DNA of 32,000 nucleotides from Patescibacteria group bacterium (GCA_041662745.1 JBAZRV010000001.1:180001-212000), one strand, 5' to 3'; shown: positions 9,105 to 16,801, numbered from the stretch's first letter. The notes: a model not told the origin generated them from the sequence alone. A program made the numbers and translations.

Positions 9105-9137
9105 AAGCCGCTCTGAGTTAGAGCGGCTTTTGTGTTT
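9105..9137. terminator. bidirectional terminator between the Zn-ribbon gene and comM
   Basis: AAGCCGCTCT (9105-9114) pairs with AGAGCGGCTT (9120-9129). TTGTGTTT follows on the + strand and TTGTTTGTT on the - strand. Confidence 0.7.
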
Positions 9138-9144
9138 ATTACGG

Positions 9145-10659
9145 TTATTCCTGCGGTCGGTACTGCAGAGCCTCGGCCAGGTGTTCGCATTTTAGCTCTT
9201 CGCTGGCTTCCAGGTCGGCGATAGTGCGGGAGATTTTGAGGAGGCGGAAATAAACGCGCGGCGATAAGCGCAATTTTTCTACGGCTTGGCGGATAAGTCG
9301 CCGGCCCGCTTCATCAATTAAGCAGTAGGTGTTAACCTGTTCGGAAGACATTTCGCTATTGGCGAATATTTTTTCTTTTTTGAATCTTTGCAGTTGTATG
9401 TTTCGCGCTTGCTGAACGCGTTCGCGTACCGTGATTGACGGCTCGCCGTTGCCTGCGCCGGATAATTCCTCAAATTTTATTCGCGGCACTTCCAGGTGCA
9501 AATCAATCCTGTCCAACAGCGGTCCGGAAGCGCGTTTTTTATAGCGCAGGATTTCGGCGGCGGAGCAAGTACATTCTTTTTCCGGATCGGTCAGGTAGCC
9601 GCAAGGACAGGGGTTAAGAGCGGCTGTCAGAATGAACTTGGCGGGAAAGCGCAAGGTGCCGGCGGCACGGGAAACATTGATTACTCCGTCTTCCAGCGGT
9701 TGGCGCAGATTTTCCAAAACGGTTTTAGGGAACTCCAGGAATTCATCCAGAAACAATACGCCGCGATGTGCCAAAGAGATTTCTCCCGGTCGCGGCCAAG
9801 CGCCGCCGCCCACCAGTGATACGCCGGAAGCGGTATGATGGGGGGCGCGGAAAGGCCGTAAAGTAATAAGCGGCTGATCAGCCGGCAAAAGCCCGGCGGC
9901 GGAATAGATTTTAGTTACTTCCAGGCTTTCTTCTTGGGTCATCTGCGGCAAGATTGAAGGCAGAGCTTTAGCCAACATGGTTTTGCCCGAGCCGGGCGGG
10001 CCGGACATGAGGATGTTGTGATTGCCGGCCGCGGCTATTTCCAGCGCGCGTTTGGCTGAATTTTGCCCGCGGACATGTCTTAAATCTATCGGGAAATTTA
10101 TTTCTTCAATTTCTTGTTGCCAATCCTCGCAAGGTTCAATCAATTCTGCGCCGGCTAAATGTTTAGCTAATTGTGCCAGATTTTTGACCGGATAAATATT
10201 CAGACCGTTGATCAATGATGCTTCTTTGGCATTGGCTGTCGGCACAAATAAATTATTAATGCCGGTTTGTTTGGCGAATAGAGCGATAGACAATATCCCG
10301 GACACCGGGCGCACTTCGCCGCTTAAGGCCAGCTCGCCGGCAAAAAGCGAAGAGGCAAAATCAGCCAGCTTGATTTGCTCGTTTAAAATCATGGCGGCTA
10401 CGGCCAGGGGCAGATCATAGTGCGTACCGCCTTTGCGCAAATCGGCCGGCGCCAGATTGAAAGTGACGTTGCCGCGCGGAAATTCAAAACCGGAGTTTTT
10501 GATGGCGCTACGGACGCGGCTTTTACTCTCATCCACGGCCTTATCGGGCAAACCAACAATAAAAACCCCCGGGTTACCGTAGGGGCTGTTATCCGCTTCC
10601 ACTTCCACCGGCTCGCATTCTAATCCAACAATCGCCGCCGATAGGACCTTTGATGGCAT
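9145..10659 (-). CDS. comM: YifB/ComM family Mg-chelatase-like AAA+ ATPase
   Basis: N-terminal Lon-like domain (VEVEADNS...GLPDKAVDESKSRVRSAIKNSG), Walker A (GPPGSGKT), and a C-terminal Mg-chelatase domain with a CPCG Zn motif. Confidence 0.93.
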   Translation of the reverse strand: MPSKVLSAAIVGLECEPVEVEADNSPYGNPGVFIVGLPDKAVDESKSRVRSAIKNSGFEFPRGNVTFNLAPADLRKGGTHYDLPLAVAAMILNEQIKLADFASSLFAGELALSGEVRPVSGILSIALFAKQTGINNLFVPTANAKEASLINGLNIYPVKNLAQLAKHLAGAELIEPCEDWQQEIEEINFPIDLRHVRGQNSAKRALEIAAAGNHNILMSGPPGSGKTMLAKALPSILPQMTQEESLEVTKIYSAAGLLPADQPLITLRPFRAPHHTASGVSLVGGGAWPRPGEISLAHRGVLFLDEFLEFPKTVLENLRQPLEDGVINVSRAAGTLRFPAKFILTAALNPCPCGYLTDPEKECTCSAAEILRYKKRASGPLLDRIDLHLEVPRIKFEELSGAGNGEPSITVRERVQQARNIQLQRFKKEKIFANSEMSSEQVNTYCLIDEAGRRLIRQAVEKLRLSPRVYFRLLKISRTIADLEASEELKCEHLAEALQYRPQE

Positions 10660-10690
10660 AATTTAATCAATTAAATAGAAACTTTAATAA

Positions 10691-10719
10691 ATTATACCAT
10701 TTATGTTGGCCGAGCTCAA
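10691..10719 (-). promoter_or_regulatory. comM promoter with extended -10
   Basis: On the minus strand: TTGAGC, 17-nt spacer, TATAAT preceded by TGG (the TGnTATAAT form). Confidence 0.5.
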
Positions 10720-10759
10720 AGTTACTGAATCGGAGGCGAGGCGTTAATGCCGCTTCCCC

Positions 10760-10788
10760 TTGACTTTTCATGGTAAATAAGTTATGAT
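10760..10788 (+). promoter_or_regulatory. rplS promoter
   Basis: TTGACT (10760-10765), 17-nt spacer, TATGAT (10783-10788). Confidence 0.55.
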
Positions 10789-10822
10789 TTTAGAGTAAAT
10801 TATCAAGCATATATTAAAAACT

Positions 10823-11179
10823 ATGGCAAAATTAAATGTTAAGCAGGATTGGCATGAGCAGGTTTTACCGCTTCTTAAGGCAGGCGTAACCGTCAAAGTC
10901 CATCAAATCATCAAAGAAAAAAATACTAAGGGTGAGGAAAAGCAACGCGTCCAGATTTTTGAAGGCATCATCTTGGGCCGTCACGGCGGCCAGGGGAAAA
11001 GCGCCACCATTACAGTGCGCAAGGTTGCTTCCGGCGGTATCGGCGTAGAGAGGATTTTTCCTATCTGGTCCCCGGCCATTTCCAAGATTGAAGCGACTAA
11101 AATCGCCGAAGTGCGTCGCGCCAAATTATCTTATATCAAAGGGTATAAGAAGAAGTTATCGGAAAAACAGGTTAAATAA
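10823..11179 (+). CDS. rplS: 50S ribosomal protein L19
   Basis: KVHQIIKE...RVQIFEGIILGRHGGQGKSATITVRKVASGGIGVERIFPIWSP is the L19 signature. Confidence 0.97.
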   Translation: MAKLNVKQDWHEQVLPLLKAGVTVKVHQIIKEKNTKGEEKQRVQIFEGIILGRHGGQGKSATITVRKVASGGIGVERIFPIWSPAISKIEATKIAEVRRAKLSYIKGYKKKLSEKQVK

Positions 11180-11194
11180 ACCATCAAGCATTAA

Positions 11195-11215
11195 GCCCGA
11201 GCAATCGGGTTTTTG
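11195..11215 (+). terminator. rplS terminator
   Basis: CCCGA-GCAA-TCGGG hairpin followed by TTTTT, immediately before tRNA-Leu. Confidence 0.6.
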
Positions 11216-11216
11216 T

Positions 11217-11301
11217 GCGGACGTGGCGGAATTTGGTATACGCGCAGCCTTGAGGTGGCTGTGGTCGCAAGGCCTTGGAGGTTCAAGTCCTCTCGTCCGC
11301 A
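11217..11301 (+). tRNA. tRNA-Leu (anticodon GAG), type II with long variable arm; CCA not encoded
   Basis: Acceptor GCGGACG/CGTCCGC. Anticodon stem CAGCC/GGCTG with loop TTGAGGT. Variable arm GGTC-GCAA-GGCC. T loop TTCAAGT. Discriminator A. Confidence 0.9.
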
Positions 11302-11317
11302 TTAATAATCTAAATTT

Positions 11318-11893
11318 ATGGCCCCCAGAATTTTTATTATTCATGGCTGGGACGGTTCGCCGCAGGGTTGCTGGCTGCCTTGGTTAAAGGAAAGACTGGA
11401 GCAACAAGGGGTTGCTGTTCAAGTCCCGACAATGCCTCAGCCGGAAAATCCCGTAATAGCCGATTGGGTTAATCAGCTTGCCAGCATTGTCGGTGAGCCG
11501 GATAAAGAAACTTATTTTGTCGGACATAGCATCGGTTGCCAAACCATATTGCGTTATGTTGAGCAATCACAGAAGCCGATCGGCGGCATAGTCTGTGTGG
11601 CCGGTTGGTTCAGGTTGCCGCACCTCGCCACCGCTGAAGAAAAAAGGATTGCTCGGCCTTGGCTGGAAACTCCGATGGATTTTGATAAGATTAGACAGCG
11701 AGCCGGAAAGATTATTGCTATTTTTTCCGACAATGATCCGGACGTTGATTTGGGAGATAAAGAGCTGTTTGAGAAAAACTTAAACGCCAAAACGATCATA
11801 GAACATGGCAAGGGTCATTTCAGCGATGATGCTGGAGTTACGGAATTACCGTCGGCGCTGGCGGTCGTAGAAGAATTAATCGAGAAGAAGTAA
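11318..11893 (+). CDS. RBBP9/YdeN family serine hydrolase (alpha/beta fold)
   Basis: IFIIHGWDGSP..W, nucleophile elbow GHSIGC, SDNDPDV and GKGHF match the YdeN-type triad layout. Confidence 0.8.
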   Translation: MAPRIFIIHGWDGSPQGCWLPWLKERLEQQGVAVQVPTMPQPENPVIADWVNQLASIVGEPDKETYFVGHSIGCQTILRYVEQSQKPIGGIVCVAGWFRLPHLATAEEKRIARPWLETPMDFDKIRQRAGKIIAIFSDNDPDVDLGDKELFEKNLNAKTIIEHGKGHFSDDAGVTELPSALAVVEELIEKK

Positions 11894-11908
11894 TTTTACT
11901 TAAAATCA

Positions 11909-11982
11909 GCACGCCTAGCTCAATTGGTTAGAGCATCTCGTTTACGTCGAGAGGGTTAGGGGTTCGAGTCCCTTGGCGTGCA
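11909..11982 (+). tRNA. tRNA-Val (anticodon UAC); CCA not encoded
   Basis: Acceptor GCACGCC/GGCGTGC. D stem GCTC/GAGC. Anticodon stem TCTCG/CGAGA with loop TTTACGT. T arm AGGGG-TTCGAGT-CCCTT. Confidence 0.92.
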
Positions 11983-12030
11983 CAGGTAAATTAAATAAAG
12001 TAGTAATATTTATAAATTTTTTGTTTGTCT

Positions 12031-12161
12031 GAGGGACTCGAACAGGTTGGAAGCGAGCCAGCGACGAGAGTCGCGCAGTGAGCGCCGATGGATGCGACCC
12101 TGGGAGCATTCAGCGCCAACCCTGGACAAGCGTCGCGAGAGCGATGCGCGTAAAGTCCCTT
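12031..12161 (+). ncRNA. candidate structured RNA / tRNA-Val-derived element (unclassified)
   Basis: About 66% GC (79 of 120 nt, hand count) and no credible ORF. Nested helices: 12031-12038/12154-12161, 12043-12050/12116-12124, and hairpins 12061-12074 (GAGA loop), 12090-12111 and 12130-12147 (GAGA loop). The strand assignment is tentative. Confidence 0.35.
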
Positions 12162-12169
12162 GGCGTGCA
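12154..12169 (+). repeat. exact 16-nt direct repeat of the tRNA-Val 3' end (copy of 11967-11982)
   Basis: AGTCCCTTGGCGTGCA occurs at 11967-11982 and again at 12154-12169. An inverted T-arm copy, GAGGGACTCGAAC, lies at 12031-12043. Confidence 0.9.
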
Positions 12170-12188
12170 TCAAAACTAATTAAAATTT

Positions 12189-12440
12189 ATGCTGGTCAGA
12201 ATTTTAATCGGATTAATCGTTATTGGCGTAGGATTTTTTATGGTTTGGAAACCAAGGTTCTTTTATGATTTTATGGGCCATCAAATGTGGGCGGAAAAGA
12301 TTTTTGGCATCCATGAAGATGAGTTAGCTTACAAGGTTATCGGCATGATTGTGATTTTTGTCGGCGCCCTGATTGCCACGGATTTGATCTATGGTTTGCT
12401 GGCTTGGTTCTTTTCGCCGGTTGTTAAGGGTTTAAAGTAA
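12189..12440 (+). CDS. small membrane protein (83 aa, 2 TM)
   Basis: Two clear hydrophobic helices (ILIGLIVIGVGFFMVW; VIGMIVIFVGALIATDLIYGLLAWFF). No SD and no recognised family. Confidence 0.6.
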   Translation: MLVRILIGLIVIGVGFFMVWKPRFFYDFMGHQMWAEKIFGIHEDELAYKVIGMIVIFVGALIATDLIYGLLAWFFSPVVKGLK

Positions 12441-12445
12441 TATAA

Positions 12446-12522
12446 GGGCTCGTAGTTCAGTTGGTTAGAACGCCGCATTTGCAATGCGGAGGTCAGCGGT
12501 TCGACTCCGCTCGAGTCCACCA
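12446..12522 (+). tRNA. tRNA-Ala (anticodon UGC) with encoded CCA
   Basis: Acceptor GGGCTCG/CGAGTCC with the G3:U70 alanine identity pair. Anticodon loop TTTGCAA. T loop TTCGACT. The 3' end reads ACCA. Confidence 0.93.
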
Positions 12523-12523
12523 T

Positions 12524-12721
12524 ATGTTTTTATTAGAACCGCATTTTTTTGACATTTTCGGGGCGATAGGATTTATTTACATCCTTATTCTCGCTCTGTT
12601 CGGATTATTTGGTAAACGTATTCCCAGATGGGCGTTTTTTATCCTTTTATTGATGGGCATTGCCGGCGCGCTCTTGGATATTCTGGTGGTTTATATGTTT
12701 TATTTTAAACAATTATTATAA
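12524..12721 (+). CDS. small membrane protein (65 aa, 2 TM)
   Basis: The first ATG after tRNA-Ala begins MFLLEPHFFDIFGAIGFIYILILALFGLF.... The ORF-track start at 12461 lies inside the tRNA and is rejected. Confidence 0.5.
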   Translation: MFLLEPHFFDIFGAIGFIYILILALFGLFGKRIPRWAFFILLLMGIAGALLDILVVYMFYFKQLL

Positions 12722-12768
12722 GGGGACGGCTTCGGCTGATAAGGATGAGGTTCAATCATTAAAATTAA

Positions 12769-12796
12769 AAAACGGGTTTTAGCCCCGTTTTTTATT
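12769..12796 (+). terminator. rho-independent terminator
   Basis: AAAACGGG / CCCGTTTT stem followed by a T-rich run (TTTTTTATTTAT). Confidence 0.6.
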
Positions 12797-12831
12797 TATC
12801 TGATGCCTATTCGGTGTTATAATTAATTTAT

Positions 12832-13377
12832 ATGAAAAATGTTTTATTAACGCTGGTTGCCTTGTTATTTTTGAGCGGTTGTGTCGCTGGTATAAAACCG
12901 GCAAGTGTTTCCACAATTAACCTTAAATATATGATTAAACTCACTTCTCCGCAATTTGAGCCAGGCGATGTTTTGCCGTCTGAGTTCACTTGCGACGGCC
13001 GAGGGATTAGTCCGGAATTACACATTGCCGACGTACCGGCGGAAGCCAAAAGCTTAGCCCTCATGCTTGACGATCCGGATGCTCTCTCCGGCACATTTAC
13101 CCATTGGATTGTTTACGGTCTTGATCCCGGCCTAACAGTCATAAAAGAGGATGATTTACCGGCCGAGGCGGTAATCGGCATAAACAGCGGCGGCCGTCAA
13201 TCATATTTTCCGCCCTGTCCGCCCTCCGGCAGCCACCGTTATGTCTTTCATGTTTACGCCCTGGATAAAAAGATTAATTTTGTTTCCGCCCCCGATCGCC
13301 GGCAAATTGACGAGGCTATAAATAGCACCTTGATTGATTCGGGAGAATTAGTGACCGTTTATAGCCGTAAAAATTAA
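12832..13377 (+). CDS. YbhB/YbcL (PEBP) family lipoprotein
   Basis: Lipobox LLFLSGC at the N-terminus. PEBP motifs are FTCDG...SPEL, LDDPDA..G.F.HW and PPSGSHRYVFHVYALD. Confidence 0.85.
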   Translation: MKNVLLTLVALLFLSGCVAGIKPASVSTINLKYMIKLTSPQFEPGDVLPSEFTCDGRGISPELHIADVPAEAKSLALMLDDPDALSGTFTHWIVYGLDPGLTVIKEDDLPAEAVIGINSGGRQSYFPPCPPSGSHRYVFHVYALDKKINFVSAPDRRQIDEAINSTLIDSGELVTVYSRKN

Positions 13378-13406
13378 AAAATCTCCGCCGATTAGCGGAG
13401 ATTTTG
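13376..13406. terminator. bidirectional terminator (PEBP gene / glycosyltransferase gene)
   Basis: AAATCTCCGC (13379-13388) pairs with GCGGAGATTT (13395-13404), flanked by runs of A's and T's. Confidence 0.8.
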
Positions 13407-13407
13407 A

Positions 13408-14172
13408 TTATAGCTTGCTGATGAATTCCAGGATTTTTTCTCTTATTTTTTTGCCTTTGGGCAGTTGCGCATAATGGTGGCCGAATTTATATTTGAAAAT
13501 GTCAGTTCTGATTTCGCCTAGTAGCGCCCGGTATACTTCGCAAGCCACATATTTGGCCGCCACATTGAATCTTCCGTCCGTTTCCAAACGACGGACTGAG
13601 ACGTAGATTTTGGGGCGTTTGAGTATTTTATAAACGCCGTGTTTTTTGACGCGCTTGATATATTCGTGGTCCTCGGCCAGTTTAAGCGATTCGTCAAAGC
13701 CGCCGACACGGTCATGCAAGGCCTTTTTAATCAAAATGCAGAATCCCGGCGCGTGCGGATAAAAATATTGGGTTAGTTGGATATAGGCATTAGCCATATC
13801 ATGCAGGATAGCGTCAATGATTTTGTCGCTTAAAGGGATGACGGCGCAAGAAGCGACGTCAACTTTTTTTTCTTCCGCTTCTTCAATCAGGAATTTTAAG
13901 AATTTGCCGGACAAAAAAACATCGGCATCCAAAAATAGCAGCCATTCGCCGGCGGCGATAGCCGCGCCATGGTTGCGGCCGGCGGCCGGCATACCGCCTT
14001 TAACGATTCGGCAACCGTAATCCTGGGCGATTTCTATGGTTTTGTCAGTGGAGCCAGCGTCGGAAATGATTATTTCGTAATCAGTGAACTCTTGGTCTTT
14101 GATTGATTCCAATAAATCAGGCAAAGTTTTTTCTTCATTCAGGGTCGGGATGATGATGGATATTTTTGGCAT
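13408..14172 (-). CDS. family 2 glycosyltransferase
   Basis: ISIIIPTLNEEKTLPDLLESI, SDAGSTDKT and LFLDADV (the DxD motif) are typical of the GT2 / GT-A fold. Confidence 0.88.
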   Translation of the reverse strand: MPKISIIIPTLNEEKTLPDLLESIKDQEFTDYEIIISDAGSTDKTIEIAQDYGCRIVKGGMPAAGRNHGAAIAAGEWLLFLDADVFLSGKFLKFLIEEAEEKKVDVASCAVIPLSDKIIDAILHDMANAYIQLTQYFYPHAPGFCILIKKALHDRVGGFDESLKLAEDHEYIKRVKKHGVYKILKRPKIYVSVRRLETDGRFNVAAKYVACEVYRALLGEIRTDIFKYKFGHHYAQLPKGKKIREKILEFISKL

Positions 14173-14201
14173 ATTTTCTACCTATTAAGTATAGTTGATT
14201 A

Positions 14202-14231
14202 TTGCCTGCCGGTCAATGCCCGTGTTATAAT
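14202..14231 (+). promoter_or_regulatory. promoter with extended -10 for the LTD protein gene
   Basis: TTGCCT (14202-14207), 18-nt spacer, TGTTATAAT (extended -10, with TATAAT at 14226-14231). Confidence 0.5.
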
Positions 14232-14258
14232 ATAAAATATTATAAATAAATTAAAAAA

Positions 14259-16760
14259 ATGAGGAGGGGCTTGTTTGCTGTATTTTTTTTAATCCTGGCG
14301 ATAGTCGTAGGCGCCGGATTTTTTATTTTTTCTTTCAGCGCTGCGTCGTGGGCGGCTGACGGTCAGATCGTTGTTCAACATAATGGCGTGATGGCTTCAA
14401 ACAGCGCTTGGACTTACCTAGGCGTTGAACAAAGTTCTGCAGAATATTTGATCCTAAAACAGTCATCATCAACCTTAACTTCTCCATTGATTGATTTGAG
14501 CGATTGCCAGACGGCACGATTGGACTATCAGGCTCGGACTTACGGCGGCGTAACTTCCAGTAGCGCTACAATCGTTGTCTCTGTTTTTAATTCCGGTTCC
14601 TGGAAAGAAACCGACTGGAATGAACCGGCAGATAATGTTTTATCAGCGCAACCGATAATTGATTTAAGTTCTTACTGCGGTTCTCAGGTCAGATTGATGT
14701 TCAGTACGCCCGAAGCTACCGGCAGCAAGGGCGTTGGCTTAGATGAAATTGCCATTACTAAGGCCGCCGGCAATAACCCGCCGACCGCCTCGGCCACTTC
14801 CACTAAAATTACAGCCGAGACAGGAGAAGAAATAGAATTTTCTGATGATGGATCAACCGATCCGGACGGCGATGCCTTGATTGATTGGCTATGGGATTTT
14901 GGCCAGCAACTGATCAAACATGGCGTTAATGTCAGCCAGAGCTTTTCAACATCCGGAAGCTATGCGGTCAATTATTATGTAGTGGATAGCGAGGGAGCCA
15001 CTTCTTCTCCTGCGGTTTTAAGCTTATTCATTACCAATCCCGTCGGCACTACTACGCCCACCACTACGCCCACTACCACTTCGGCGCTAACGCCGCAAAT
15101 CGGCGATGTGGTGATTAATGAAGTCTATCCCGCTCCCAATACGGGCGAAGAAGAGTGGATAGAATTGTTTAATCCCGCTACCTCAACTTGGGATTTGTCC
15201 GATTTAATGCTGTTTAATATTGACGGCGAAAAATTCGTTACCACTACTTTAAGCGGCAGCATGTCGCCCGGGCAATATTTAGTGATTAACGACGTCGTCG
15301 GCAGTTTGAATAATGGCGGTGACACGATTATTTTACGTTCGGTTGGCCAGGCCTTAGATCAGACGGTTTATGGCGATTATTCCAATAAAAAGGGCGAAGC
15401 CTGGGCGCGCAATAGCGGCGGCACCTTTGAGGAAACAATTACTCCGACTAAAGGAGCGATGAATATCATAACGCCCAAGCCTGTTGTTAGCGGGTCAAGC
15501 GGCGGATCGTCTTATACCGGTTATCAGTCAGATAATAGCGAGGCGACCAGCTCGGACACCTCCACCGCCCCGGTCGTTCAAGAAGATTATTACGGCAAGA
15601 TAATAATTAACGAACTGTTTCCTCATCCGGCTACGGGCGCTAGTGACGAGTTTATTGAATTGAAAAATATTTCTACCACTACGATTGATTTGAACGGTTT
15701 TTATTTGACTGATAATACCAATAAGAAACATTATCTGCGCGCCGCTTCCCCCGCTTTGCAGATTTTGCCTCAAGGATTCATTGCCATTAAACGCGCCTCC
15801 ACATCCATTGCTTTAAATGATACGGGTTTTGAAACGACTAATCTGTTTTCTCCGTCGGGAGAACTGTTGGATCGGGTAAGCTATACGGCCAAGCAGAGCG
15901 AGGGTTCGGCTTATGCCAGAACTGATAACGGCGAATGGCTTTGGACAGCTCAGCCGACGCCGGGAGCGGATAATCTTTTTCCTGGCAGCAGTTTAAGCCA
16001 GGAACAAACGGTTGAAGTTTTAAATACCATTAAAGCGGCGACCAAAAAAGCCGCCGGCGTTTCCGGCGTGTTACATCGGGTAACTATGGAAGAACTGAGC
16101 GGTTTGGGCGTTGGTGATCGCGTACAAGTTTCCGGCGTAGTGTCGGTAGAACCCGGAGTGTTGGGCACGCAGATATTCTATTTGGCCGGTTCCGGCATCC
16201 AAGTTTATTGCAACAAGAAAGATTTTCCCGAATTGAAGATTGGTGATCGGGCAGAGGTTATCGGAGAGATATCGGAGGCGGCCGGCGAGAGAAGAATAAA
16301 GATAAAAACTCGCGCTGACATCAAATACTTGTCCAGCGAAGCCGAACCCCAGCCCCATAAGATTGACATCATAGAATTAGAAGACAATATCGGTTCATTG
16401 GTAAAAATAACGGGAGAATTATTGGAGATAAAGGGCCGTAATGCTTTTATTGATGACAGTAGCGGTGAAGCCAAGATATATCTTAAAACTCAAATTGACG
16501 TTAAGGAAATAAATTGGCAGACCGGCGATAAAATAACGGTCGTCGGCATTGCCTCATTGACCGCTTCCGGGGCTCGGCTGTTGCCGCGTACTGCTAAAGA
16601 TATCGCCGTGATCGGCGGTCAAGTTGAGGGAGCTTATGAAGTTGGAGATAAAACGCCATTTATCGGATCATCCCTAAGTTATGCCATCGCCCTAATAGTT
16701 TTTTTAGCGGTGCTGGCCGGTTGGTTGGGTTATAGGCTGAGACTGCAAAATAAACAGTGA
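14259..16760 (+). CDS. large surface protein: signal anchor, PKD-like domain, two lamin-tail domains (LTD), two OB-fold-like repeats, C-terminal TM anchor
   Basis: N-terminal TM segment. PKD-like stretch DGSTDPDGDALIDWLWDFG. LTD signatures VVINEVYPAPNTGEEEWIELFNP and IIINELFPHPATGASDEFIELKN. T/P linker (TTTPTTTPTTT). C-terminal hydrophobic helix plus basic tail. Confidence 0.85.
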   Translation: MRRGLFAVFFLILAIVVGAGFFIFSFSAASWAADGQIVVQHNGVMASNSAWTYLGVEQSSAEYLILKQSSSTLTSPLIDLSDCQTARLDYQARTYGGVTSSSATIVVSVFNSGSWKETDWNEPADNVLSAQPIIDLSSYCGSQVRLMFSTPEATGSKGVGLDEIAITKAAGNNPPTASATSTKITAETGEEIEFSDDGSTDPDGDALIDWLWDFGQQLIKHGVNVSQSFSTSGSYAVNYYVVDSEGATSSPAVLSLFITNPVGTTTPTTTPTTTSALTPQIGDVVINEVYPAPNTGEEEWIELFNPATSTWDLSDLMLFNIDGEKFVTTTLSGSMSPGQYLVINDVVGSLNNGGDTIILRSVGQALDQTVYGDYSNKKGEAWARNSGGTFEETITPTKGAMNIITPKPVVSGSSGGSSYTGYQSDNSEATSSDTSTAPVVQEDYYGKIIINELFPHPATGASDEFIELKNISTTTIDLNGFYLTDNTNKKHYLRAASPALQILPQGFIAIKRASTSIALNDTGFETTNLFSPSGELLDRVSYTAKQSEGSAYARTDNGEWLWTAQPTPGADNLFPGSSLSQEQTVEVLNTIKAATKKAAGVSGVLHRVTMEELSGLGVGDRVQVSGVVSVEPGVLGTQIFYLAGSGIQVYCNKKDFPELKIGDRAEVIGEISEAAGERRIKIKTRADIKYLSSEAEPQPHKIDIIELEDNIGSLVKITGELLEIKGRNAFIDDSSGEAKIYLKTQIDVKEINWQTGDKITVVGIASLTASGARLLPRTAKDIAVIGGQVEGAYEVGDKTPFIGSSLSYAIALIVFLAVLAGWLGYRLRLQNKQ

Positions 16761-16769
16761 ATTTTAAAA

Positions 16770-16793
16770 GCCTGTCGAAAAATTTCGACAGGC
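16770..16793. terminator. hairpin between convergent genes
   Basis: GCCTGTCG / CGACAGGC stem with an AAAAATTT loop. A T-rich tract occurs only on the minus strand (CTTTTAAAAT). Confidence 0.55.
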
Positions 16794-16801
16794 CTGGGTG
16801 C

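Noticed and set aside
8844-9121. Three extra ORFs (61-91 aa) overlapping the tail of the Zn-ribbon gene
   Set aside because: They are open only because the stretch is about 60% GC. None has an SD or promoter. The SD-led frame starting at 8689 is the only supported one.
12031-12169. Possible identity as SRP RNA, tmRNA (including permuted form), RNase P RNA, or a self-cleaving ribozyme
   Set aside because: By eye it has no SRP helix-8 motif (GGAA loop closed by the AGCA/GGA symmetric loop). It has no tag ORF or 5' acceptor strand, no GAAAGUCCGG-type P4 sequence, and no CUGAUGA...GAAA hammerhead core. The identity remains open.
11991-12268. ORFs 11991-12173 (-) and 12047-12268 (+)
   Set aside because: They lie across the GC-rich structured element and the duplicated tRNA end. 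They have no RBS and Arg/Ser/Ala-rich junk composition. The region is better explained as RNA or an element scar.
12461-12523. N-terminal 21 codons of ORF 12461-12721
   Set aside because: This part overlaps tRNA-Ala on the same strand. The CDS was trimmed to the ATG at 12524.
15040-15095. Short nucleotide repeats (ACTACGCCCACC...) inside the LTD gene
   Set aside because: They encode a Thr/Pro linker (TTTPTTTPTTT). It is a low-complexity linker, not a CRISPR, a DGR variable region or a mobile element.
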